The position numbers and the translations under genes are program-made. The notes beneath the pieces are model-generated. The model was not told the DNA's origin. It saw nothing but the letters and a program-made list of their open reading frames with translations, and searched no databases. DNA of 64,000 nt from Thermoanaerobaculia bacterium (GTDB lineage Bacteria; Acidobacteriota; Thermoanaerobaculia; Multivoradales; UBA5704): the NCBI GenBank assembly GCA_036399915.1, contig DASWME010000219.1, positions 343 to 64,342 of the forward strand, given 5' to 3'. Shown piece after piece: positions 16,449 through 27,920 of this stretch. Every line of letters begins with the position of its first letter. The first letter of the stretch is position 1.

Positions 16449-17972
16449 ATGCTAGCCCGTGCCACCGCAGCAACCCCATGGGGGATCGAAGCCCGTCCCG
16501 TCCAGGTGGAGGTCGACGTCCACAACGGCCTCCCGCAGGTGCAGATCGTGGGGCTCGCCGACGCCGCGGTCCGCGAGAGCCGCGAGCGGGTGCGCGCCGC
16601 GATCTGGAACTGCGGCTTCGCCCTGGAGCCCAAGTCCATCATCATCAATCTCGCGCCGGCCGACCTGCGCAAGGAGGGCAACCACCTCGACCTCGTCATC
16701 GCCCTGGCGATGCTCGTGGCCTACGAGCAACTGCCCCAGGAGGCGCTGGACGGCCGGCTGATCTGCGGCGAGCTGGGCCTGGACGGCGCCGTCCGTTCCG
16801 TGCGCGGCGGCCTCGCCATCGCCGACCTGGGATTCCGCCTCGGGATCCGCGAGGTGCTGCTGCCGGCGGCTAACGCTCCCGAGGCGGCAGCCCTGCAGGC
16901 CGTGCCGGTGGTCGGTCTGCGCGGGCTCGCCGAGGCCATCCAGCACCTGACCGGAGCCGGACCGCTGACGCCGGTCCCCGCCCGGCCTCTCTCCGCCGAC
17001 GGGGCGTCGCCCGCGCCCGACCTCGCGGAGGTGCGCGGTCAGGAGACGGCGAAGCGGGCCCTGGAGGTGGCTGCCGCGGGCGGGCACAACCTGCTTTTCC
17101 TGGGTCCGCCGGGCTCGGGAAAGACCATGCTCGCCCGCCGCCTGCCGGGCCTGCTGCCGCCGCTCACCCTGGCGGAGTCGATCGCCGTCACCAAGATCCA
17201 CTCCCTGGTGGCCGAGGAGCCGCCGGCCGGGCTCCTCCAGCAGCGGCCGTTCCGCAGCCCGCACACCGGCACCAGCACGGCGGGGATGATCGGCGGCGGC
17301 AGCAATCCACGTCCTGGCGAGGCGAGCCTGGCCCACAACGGCGTCCTCTTCCTGGATGAGCTGCCCGAGTTCCGGCGCGACACCTTGGAAGCCCTCCGCC
17401 AGCCGCTCGAGGAGGGGAACGTCAGCGTGGTGCGCGCCCGCGCCCGGCTGGTGTTCCCGGCCCGCTTCTCGCTCCTTGCCGCCATGAATCCGTGTCCGTG
17501 CGGGCATCTGGGGGACCCCCGGTACTCGTGCAGATGTCCTCCGCCGCTCATCGAGCGCTACCGCGGCCGGGTCTCGGGGCCGTTGCTCGACCGCATCGAC
17601 CTCCACGTCGAGGTGCCGGCGGTGAGCTTGAAGGAGCTGCGCTCCTCGGCGGGCGAGAGCACGGAGACGGTGGCCCGCCGGGTGGCTGCAGCCCGCACCA
17701 TCCAGCTCGACCGCTTCGGCCCCAACACGCCCACGCCCAACAACGCCACCATGGGCCCGGAGCAGCTCCGCCGGTTCTGCGCCGTCGATCCGGCGGGCCG
17801 GTCGCTGCTCGACGCCGCCTTCGAGAAGCTCGGCCTCTCCGCCCGCGCCCTCGACCGCGTCCTCAAGGTGGCCCGCACCATCGCCGACCTCGCGGGGAGC
17901 GATTCGATCCGCGCGGCGCATCTGGCGGAGGCGATCCAGTACCGGAGCCTGGACCGGAGGGTGGCGGGGTGA
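16449..17972 (+). CDS. comM: YifB/ComM-family Mg-chelatase-like AAA+ ATPase
   Basis: MLARATAATPWGIEARPVQVEVDVHNGLPQVQIVGLADAAVRESRERV...GHNLLFLGPPGSGKTMLARRL...NGVLFLDELPEF.... Confidence 0.9.
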   Translation: MLARATAATPWGIEARPVQVEVDVHNGLPQVQIVGLADAAVRESRERVRAAIWNCGFALEPKSIIINLAPADLRKEGNHLDLVIALAMLVAYEQLPQEALDGRLICGELGLDGAVRSVRGGLAIADLGFRLGIREVLLPAANAPEAAALQAVPVVGLRGLAEAIQHLTGAGPLTPVPARPLSADGASPAPDLAEVRGQETAKRALEVAAAGGHNLLFLGPPGSGKTMLARRLPGLLPPLTLAESIAVTKIHSLVAEEPPAGLLQQRPFRSPHTGTSTAGMIGGGSNPRPGEASLAHNGVLFLDELPEFRRDTLEALRQPLEEGNVSVVRARARLVFPARFSLLAAMNPCPCGHLGDPRYSCRCPPPLIERYRGRVSGPLLDRIDLHVEVPAVSLKELRSSAGESTETVARRVAAARTIQLDRFGPNTPTPNNATMGPEQLRRFCAVDPAGRSLLDAAFEKLGLSARALDRVLKVARTIADLAGSDSIRAAHLAEAIQYRSLDRRVAG

Positions 17973-17977
17973 GGTGA

Positions 17978-18000
17978 GTCTTGAGGTCTTGGGGTCTTGA
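17978..18000. repeat. left heptamer array (3 x GGTCTTG-like) flanking the four-helix-bundle gene
   Basis: GTCTTGAGGTCTTGGGGTCTTGA. It is complementary to the array at 18375-18406. Confidence 0.75.
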
Positions 18001-18001
18001 A

Positions 18002-18366
18002 ATGAGGGATCACAGGAGATTGAAGGCGTTTGTGTTAGCAGACGAGTTGGCTGTCGAGATCTATCGCGAGACGGTGAGGTTACCGAAAAGCGAACTCTTC
18101 GGGTTGACCCGCCAGATGCGGCGCGCAGCCTTCTCGGTGGCCGCCAATCTCGTGGAGGGCTGCGCTCGCGCTGGGGAAGCGGAGTTTCTCCACTTCGTGA
18201 ACATTGCCTTTGGATCGATCCGTGAATTAGGCTATGCAATCGACTCTGCCATCGTCTGGGTTATTTCCCTGCAGATGTCTTCAGCCGTTTGCACAAGTTA
18301 CAAAGCCGTTGTGCCGCGGCCCTCGCCGGGCTGCTTCGTGCCTTCCAAGCCCGTAAATCCCTATAG
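18002..18366 (+). pseudogene. four-helix-bundle protein of the 23S-rRNA-intervening-sequence (S23p-like) family, with an apparent 1-nt frameshift near 18253
   Basis: Frame A: MRDHRRLKAFVLADELAVEIYRETVRLPKSELFGLTRQMRRAAFSVAANLVEGCARAGEAEFLHFVNIAFGSIRELGYAIDSAI. The family-typical C-terminus RLGYFPADVFSRLHKLQSRCAAALAGLLRAFQARKSL* is in the -1 frame (stop 18364-18366). Local GC is lower. Confidence 0.7.
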
Positions 18367-18374
18367 AGACGCCC

Positions 18375-18406
18375 TCAAGACCTCAAGACCTCAAGGACCC
18401 AAGACC
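18375..18406. repeat. right heptamer array (4 x CAAGACC-like), inverted relative to 17978-18000
   Basis: TCAAGACCTCAAGACCTCAAGGACCCAAGACC. Confidence 0.75.
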
Positions 18407-18448
18407 AGGAAACCTCGGCATGCTGATTCCCCATATTTTACGGACCAC

Positions 18449-18476
18449 TTGACATCGTGTTTCCAGAGACTACAAT
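18449..18476 (+). promoter_or_regulatory. near-consensus sigma-70-type promoter upstream of the M23 peptidase gene
   Basis: TTGACA (18449-18454), a 16-nt spacer, then TACAAT (18471-18476), about 80 nt upstream of ATG 18556. Confidence 0.5.
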
Positions 18477-18555
18477 ACCCGGGCGCATAGCCGCCCGGTT
18501 ATGGGTCCCTTGTTGGTTGACCAGTTCGCTGGCCCCCTGTAAGACGGCGCTTTGA

Positions 18556-19434
18556 ATGGCTAAACGGCACCACACGGTCATCCTGATCCCCCATGCGCAC
18601 GCCAAGCTGCGCAAGTGGCAGATCACCAACCTGCAGATCGGGATCGCAGCCGGTGCCTTCCTCTTCCTCACCCTCGCCGCCGCCTTCTTCACCTGGACTC
18701 ACTTCAACAGCAAGGCCAATCCCGTCGAGATCGCCCGTCTCAAGCATGAGAACGAGCGGCTCCGGCAGACGAACCTGACCTTCGAATCGAGCCTCAAGAA
18801 GCTGCAGGGCCAGCTCGCCGAGTACGAGGACCGCACGCGGCAGCTCGCCATCGTCGCCGGCGTCGAGAGCCTGGAGAGCGGGGCCGAGGCCGGCATCGGC
18901 GGCGGCACGGCCGCGGACGACGTCGAGGTGGGCGGCCTGCCGGCGGTGGAGAGCCGGGCCAGCCAGATCGCCGGCGCCCTCGACGCCGTGGAAGCCCGGC
19001 TCAACGAGCGGGTGCGCTGGATCTCCTCGACTCCGGCCATCACTCCCGTCCGGGGGATCTTCACCAGCGGCTTCGGGTTCCGCAGCGATCCTCTCACCCA
19101 TGGGCGCGGCATCCACCAGGGGGTGGACATCGCCGCCGCTCCGGGTCAGCCGGTGCGGGCGAGCGCCGACGGCGTGGTCGTGCAGGCCGGCGTGATCGGC
19201 GGCCTGGGCCAGGCGGTCTACGTCGCCCACGGCTTCGGCGTGACCACCCGCTACGGCCATATGTCGCACATCGACGTCCGGCCCGGGCAGCGGGTCAAGC
19301 GTGGGGACGCCCTCGGGCGGGTCGGCAACACCGGCCGGTCCACCGGGTACCACCTCCACTACGAGGTCCGCGTGGACGGCGACCCGGTCAACCCCCTGGC
19401 CTACATCCTCGACGACGCGGCCGGCGCCTCGTAG
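18556..19434 (+). CDS. M23-family peptidoglycan DD-metalloendopeptidase with N-terminal TM/coiled-coil
   Basis: ...GFGFRSDPLTHGRGIHQGVDIAAAPGQPVRASADGVV...TTRYGHMSHIDV...GNTGRSTGYHLHYEVRVDGDPVNP (HxxxD and HxH LytM motifs). Confidence 0.9.
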   Translation: MAKRHHTVILIPHAHAKLRKWQITNLQIGIAAGAFLFLTLAAAFFTWTHFNSKANPVEIARLKHENERLRQTNLTFESSLKKLQGQLAEYEDRTRQLAIVAGVESLESGAEAGIGGGTAADDVEVGGLPAVESRASQIAGALDAVEARLNERVRWISSTPAITPVRGIFTSGFGFRSDPLTHGRGIHQGVDIAAAPGQPVRASADGVVVQAGVIGGLGQAVYVAHGFGVTTRYGHMSHIDVRPGQRVKRGDALGRVGNTGRSTGYHLHYEVRVDGDPVNPLAYILDDAAGAS

Positions 19435-19566
19435 GGTTCCAGCTCCGGCCGTCGCCGCGAGCCCTCACCACCCCGGCCGCCTGGAATCTTTCTGATAGAC
19501 TTTCCGGTTGTAGGCGCTGCCGCTCGAACTCGGCCCCGAGCCTCCCCCGACCCTAGTGAGATCCTG

Positions 19567-22260
<2,694 letters not shown>

Positions 22261-22276
22261 TATCCTTCCCCACCTC

Positions 22277-23761
<1,485 letters not shown>

Positions 23762-23784
23762 GCCGTCCTGCTTGCACTGAAGTC

Positions 23785-23851
23785 TGCATTGCAAACTGGT
23801 TATTGACAACGACTCGGCACGGCGTATTCTTCTCTCATGGTTTGCAACGCA
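23785..23851 (+). promoter_or_regulatory. sigma-70-like promoter bracketed by a 12-bp inverted repeat (candidate operator of the downstream wHTH regulator)
   Basis: TGCATTGCAAAC (23785-23796), then TTGACA (23803-23808), a 16-nt spacer and TATTCT (23825-23830), then GTTTGCAACGCA (23840-23851; 11/12 complementary). SD GGGAGG lies before ATG 23882. Confidence 0.45.
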
Positions 23852-23881
23852 GACCAGTCCTCAAGATAAACGGGAGGCGTC

Positions 23882-24478
23882 ATGCAAGACCTGAAGCGAA
23901 TGCAAGCGGTGACCGAGAATTTCTTCCTCTGGCAGGGCCTGCGGCTGGTGCCTTTTGGGTTGATGGGGATCTTCTACGCGATCCATCTCGCGGAACCCTC
24001 CTGGTGGCCCCTCCAAGGCGTGTCCAACGAATTGATCCTCGTGGCGGTCCTGGCTCTGACCCTGGTCGCCTTCTCCTGGATCGGCCGCTATTACGACCGC
24101 AACTTCGGCAAGGTGCGCGGACTTCCGGGGAGGCACGCCCGCAGGGACGCCATCAAGTGGTGGGTCGTCTACCCCGCGATGGGAGCATCGCTTTTCGTGG
24201 ACGGTGTCCTGAAGCCGCCGGTCTTCGTCTCCGGACTGGTCTGGGGCGCGGCGGTGGTGGCCTACTGGGCCTCCACGGGCCGGGGCCGGCGGCACTACCT
24301 GGCGATTGCCGCGCTGTTCGCCGCTCTCACCTTCGTCCCCGCCCTGGGGCTGGTTTCGGCCGGCAAGGCAATGATCGGCTTGTTCATGGGAGTCCTCGGC
24401 GGGGTCTACATACTCGCTGGAATCTTCGACCACCTGGAGCTGGTCCGTATCCTGCGGCCGGTGCGGGAGGAGGAATGA
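23882..24478 (+). CDS. integral membrane protein (about 6 TM), unknown function
   Basis: 198 aa with hydrophobic helices throughout. Its TGA overlaps the ATG of the next gene (ATGA at 24475-24478). Confidence 0.6.
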   Translation: MQDLKRMQAVTENFFLWQGLRLVPFGLMGIFYAIHLAEPSWWPLQGVSNELILVAVLALTLVAFSWIGRYYDRNFGKVRGLPGRHARRDAIKWWVVYPAMGASLFVDGVLKPPVFVSGLVWGAAVVAYWASTGRGRRHYLAIAALFAALTFVPALGLVSAGKAMIGLFMGVLGGVYILAGIFDHLELVRILRPVREEE

Positions 24479-24801
24479 GCGCGCCGTTCGAGAGGCTCGC
24501 GGGGCTCGACCGGCTGGTCCACGAGCCGGCGCGCCTCGCGGTCCTGACGGTCCTCTCCTCCTGTCAGAGCGCCGAGTTCTTGTTCCTGCAGCGTTTGACG
24601 GGGCTCAGCAAGGGGAACCTCTCGAGCCATCTCGGAAAGCTCGAAGAGGCTGGGCTGGTCGCGATCGAAAAGGACTTCGTGGGCAAGCTGCCCCGGACCC
24701 GGATCTCGCTGACGCTTCAGGGACGGGAGCAGATCGAGGAGCACTGGCAGCAGCTCGACCAGATCCGGGCGGAGACGCGGAGCTGGCAGCCGCAGGAGTG
24801 A
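24475..24801 (+). CDS. winged-helix (ArsR/MarR-like) transcriptional regulator
   Basis: MSAPFERLAGLDRLVHEPARLAVLTVLSSCQSAEFLFLQRLTGLSKGNLSSHLGKLEEAGLVAIEKDFVGKLPRTRISLT. Start chosen at ATG 24475 within track ORF 23803-24801. Confidence 0.75.
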   Translation: MSAPFERLAGLDRLVHEPARLAVLTVLSSCQSAEFLFLQRLTGLSKGNLSSHLGKLEEAGLVAIEKDFVGKLPRTRISLTLQGREQIEEHWQQLDQIRAETRSWQPQE

Positions 24802-24833
24802 CGAGGGCCGGTCGGGTACACTCTGACCGGCCT

Positions 24834-25844
24834 ATGAAACCTCTCTTCCACCCCCGGCTCGTCAACGATCCCTTCGGGGACCCGGGGCTGTACGTGGACT
24901 TCCTTTTCGAGCGCCGGGCCCTACTGTTCGACTTGGGGGACCTCTCTCCCCTTTCGGCCCGGCAGCTCCTCAGGGTCAGCCACGCTTTCATCTCCCACAC
25001 CCACATGGACCACTTCGCGGGGTTCGACACGCTGCTGCGCATCCTTCTCGGCCGCGAGAAGGTCCTGCACCTGTTCGGGCCGCCCGGCTTCATCGACCGG
25101 GTGGAGCACAAGCTCGCCGCCTACACCTGGAACCTGGTAGCCAATTACGAGAGCGATCTCGGGGTGCGGGTCACGGAGGTGAGCCCGGAGGGGAGCGTCG
25201 AGTCCGCCGGGTTCCGCAGCCGCACCGGATTCCGGCGCGAAGCCGCTGCCATCCCGTCGATGCCGGAGGGAGCCCTCCTGGATGAGGACACGTTCCAGGT
25301 GCGGGCTGCCTTCCTCGACCACCAGATCCCCTGCCTGGCCTTTGCGCTGGAGGAGAAGTTTCACGTCAACGTCTGGAAGAACGGCCTCGAGGAGCTGGGC
25401 CTTCCCACCGGCCCCTGGCTGCGGGACCTCAAGTCGGCGGTGGCCCGGGGCGAGCCTGCCGAGACGCCGGTCTCCGTGCGCTGGCGCGCGGACGGAACGG
25501 TCTGCGAACGGACGGTCTCGCTCGGCGAGCTCAAGCAGAAGGCGCTGCGGATCGTCCCCGGCCAGAAGATCGCCTACGTCACCGATGCCGGCTACACGCC
25601 GGAGAACGCCGGGGCCATCGTGGACCTCGCCCGCGGCGCGGACGCGCTGTTCATCGAGGCCGCCTTCACCCACGAGGAGGAGCGGCGGGCGGCTGAGAAG
25701 TACCACCTGACGGCTCGGCAGGCGGGCGGGCTGGCGCGCGCCGCCGAGGTGAGGCGGCTGATCCCGTTCCACTTCTCCCCCAAGCACACCGAAGAGGCGG
25801 ACCGGCTGGTGCAGGAGGCCATGGAGGCGTTCGCAGGCGCCTGA
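24834..25844 (+). CDS. MBL-fold metallo-hydrolase (RNase Z-like)
   Basis: MKPLFHPRLVNDPFGDPGLYVDF...AFISHTHMDHFAGFDTLLR (HxHxDH motif) ...AYVTDAGY...IPFHFSPKH. Confidence 0.8.
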   Translation: MKPLFHPRLVNDPFGDPGLYVDFLFERRALLFDLGDLSPLSARQLLRVSHAFISHTHMDHFAGFDTLLRILLGREKVLHLFGPPGFIDRVEHKLAAYTWNLVANYESDLGVRVTEVSPEGSVESAGFRSRTGFRREAAAIPSMPEGALLDEDTFQVRAAFLDHQIPCLAFALEEKFHVNVWKNGLEELGLPTGPWLRDLKSAVARGEPAETPVSVRWRADGTVCERTVSLGELKQKALRIVPGQKIAYVTDAGYTPENAGAIVDLARGADALFIEAAFTHEEERRAAEKYHLTARQAGGLARAAEVRRLIPFHFSPKHTEEADRLVQEAMEAFAGA

Positions 25845-26750
25845 CTACCAACTGCTCGATGACCCGCCGCCGCCGAAGCTGCCACCGCCGCCGGAGAAGC
25901 CGCCGAAGCCTCCGCCCCCACCGCGGCCGCCTCCCCAACCTCCCCCGCCCCAGCCGGGGCCGATCCACCAGCCGCCCGGACCCCGGAAGCGCCCCGAGGC
26001 GCGGCGCCGCGGCAGGAGCATCCGCAGGAGCGGGAAGAGCACGAGCCACACCCCGAGCGCGATGAGCCCGACGATCGGGCTGGCGATCAAGCCCAGGAAG
26101 AAGATGACGGGAGCCAGGACGAGGTAGACGATCCAGCTTCCGCTCCGGATGGCGTTCAGGAGGAATGGACCGACCGCGAACAAGGCGAACAGGAGGAACC
26201 CGATCCAGTCGCCTCCTCCCCTTCCTCCTCCAGCCGGCGGCTCCTGGGCGGGCGCGGGCTGCACCTCTTGGCCCTGGATCGTGCTCAGGATGGCGTCCAC
26301 CCCGGCCTCGATGCCGCCGCCGAAGTCGCCCTGCTTGAAGTGGGGGATGATGACCTCGTTCTGAATGATGCTCGTCTGCAGGTCGGTCAGCACGGGCTCC
26401 AGGCCGTAGCCGACCTCGATCCGCATCTTGCGGTCCCCCTTGGAGACCAGCAGGAGGACGCCGTTGTCCTTCCCCTTCTGGCCGAGGGCCCAGGTGCTCG
26501 CCACCTTGTGGGAGTAGCTCTCGAGGTCCTCGCCATCCAGGCTGTCGATGGTGAGCACGGCCACCTGGTTGCCGGTCTGCTGCTCGAACTGCGCGAGCTT
26601 GGCCTCGATCCGCTGTCGCTGGTCGGGCGGGATCAGGTTGGCGTAGTCGTTGACGCGGCCTGTGAGGTAGGGGATGTCCTTGGCCGCGGAGACCCAGGGG
26701 ACAAGGACGAAAAAGACGGCAAGGACGAGCGAGGACGGGCGCCGGATCAT
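25845..26750 (-). CDS. TPM-domain (YgcG-like) secreted/membrane protein with Gly-rich tail
   Basis: MIRRPSSLVLAVFFVLVPWVSAAKDIPYLTGRVNDYANLIPPDQRQRIEAKLAQFEQQTGNQVAVLTIDSL...GVLLLVSKGDRKMRIEVGYGLE..., TM helices, and a ...GGGGWGGGRGGGGGFGGFSGGGGSFGGGGSSSSW tail. Start trimmed to ATG 26750. Confidence 0.8.
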   Translation of the reverse strand: MIRRPSSLVLAVFFVLVPWVSAAKDIPYLTGRVNDYANLIPPDQRQRIEAKLAQFEQQTGNQVAVLTIDSLDGEDLESYSHKVASTWALGQKGKDNGVLLLVSKGDRKMRIEVGYGLEPVLTDLQTSIIQNEVIIPHFKQGDFGGGIEAGVDAILSTIQGQEVQPAPAQEPPAGGGRGGGDWIGFLLFALFAVGPFLLNAIRSGSWIVYLVLAPVIFFLGLIASPIVGLIALGVWLVLFPLLRMLLPRRRASGRFRGPGGWWIGPGWGGGGWGGGRGGGGGFGGFSGGGGSFGGGGSSSSW

Positions 26751-26751
26751 T

Positions 26752-27408
26752 TCAGTCCCTTTCCCGGCGCAGCTCGTTGGACAGCTCGTCCTGGTCTTCG
26801 GGCCGGCGCTCGACTCCGTGCCGTTCCAGCAGCTCGCCGCAGGCGCGGATGGCCTCGACGAGCGCGGGACCGGGCCGGCCGCTCCGGATCTCCCCGGCCA
26901 AGCGGTTCGTGATCGCCGCCCACCGCTCCTCCTCCACCTTCTGGTGGATGCCCGAGTCGGCCAGCAGCACGACCCGGTGCTCGAACAGAGAGAGGAAGAG
27001 GAGGATGCCCGTGCGGTCGCGGGTGCGGAAGACCTCCTGTTCGAGGAAGGCCACCGCGGCACGCTGGCGGGCTCGGGCCTCGAGGATCTCCGCCCCCACG
27101 ATCCAGCGCTTCACTGGCCGGAGGAAGTCCGCCAGCAGGTAGCCGATCGCCCCGCCGAGCGGCGCCGGCAGCGCGATCCAATACCCGAGCGGCAGGCCCC
27201 AGAGATCGCTCCAGCGGTGGAGGGCGAGCGCCACCATCGGCCCCAGGAGGGCTCCCAAGGCGGCCCCTTTCCACGCCGCCGTCGGGTACCCGTCGCTCTG
27301 CTCCACGACGTAGGGGACGATCTCCCCGGAGGTCCGCTCCTCCGCCTCCTTGACGGCGGTCTGGATGGCGTCGAGATCGGCTTGAGTGAAGAAGCGATCA
27401 GGTCCCAT
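26752..27408 (-). CDS. TPM-domain (TLP18.3/Psb32-like phosphatase family) membrane protein
   Basis: FFTQADLDAIQTAVKEAEERTSGEIVPYVV...GILLFLSLFEHRVVLLADSGIHQKV.... Its stop lies 1 nt upstream of the next gene's start codon. Confidence 0.7.
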   Translation of the reverse strand: MGPDRFFTQADLDAIQTAVKEAEERTSGEIVPYVVEQSDGYPTAAWKGAALGALLGPMVALALHRWSDLWGLPLGYWIALPAPLGGAIGYLLADFLRPVKRWIVGAEILEARARQRAAVAFLEQEVFRTRDRTGILLFLSLFEHRVVLLADSGIHQKVEEERWAAITNRLAGEIRSGRPGPALVEAIRACGELLERHGVERRPEDQDELSNELRRERD

Positions 27409-27448
27409 CGCGCGCGTCCCGCGGGCATCCTATACCAGGGGCGCGCCG

Positions 27449-27871
27449 TCACTCCCATCCGCTCGGCGCCGACCGCTCCCGTTTGCGCTGGCCTTGGCGC
27501 CGCTTCTCCTCCAGCCGGCGGGCCCTGGCCGCCCGGGACGGCCGGGTCTTCTTGCGTGGCGGTTCCTCGCGGAGGTTCTCGCGCAGCAGCTCGGCGAAGC
27601 GCTCGACGGCCGCCTCACGGTTCGCCGCCTGGGTGCGGTGCCGCTGCGAGGTGACCTGGAGCACGCCGTCTCTGGTGATCCGGGTCGCCAGCCGCTCCCT
27701 GAGCCGGGCCTTCTGCTCCTCCGACAGGCTGGGCGACCCCGCCAGGTCGAAGCGGAGCGTCACCCGCGTCTCCAGCTTGTTGACGTTCTGCCCGCCGGGG
27801 CCGCCGCTGCGGGAGGTCGTGAAGGCGACCTCCTCGTCGGGGATGGAGAGGTCTTCGGTGATCGGGATCAT
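27449..27871 (-). CDS. arfB: alternative ribosome-rescue factor ArfB (class I release-factor-like peptidyl-tRNA hydrolase)
   Basis: 140 aa. ...FTTSRSGGPGGQNVNKLETRVTLRFD... (GGQ motif) plus a basic C-terminal tail KKTRPSRAARARRLEEKRRQGQRKRER. Confidence 0.9.
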   Translation of the reverse strand: MIPITEDLSIPDEEVAFTTSRSGGPGGQNVNKLETRVTLRFDLAGSPSLSEEQKARLRERLATRITRDGVLQVTSQRHRTQAANREAAVERFAELLRENLREEPPRKKTRPSRAARARRLEEKRRQGQRKRERSAPSGWE

Positions 27872-27920
27872 TTATGCAGCCTTGAGGATAAGATGCTCGC
27901 ACGACGGAAGGAGTCTCTGC

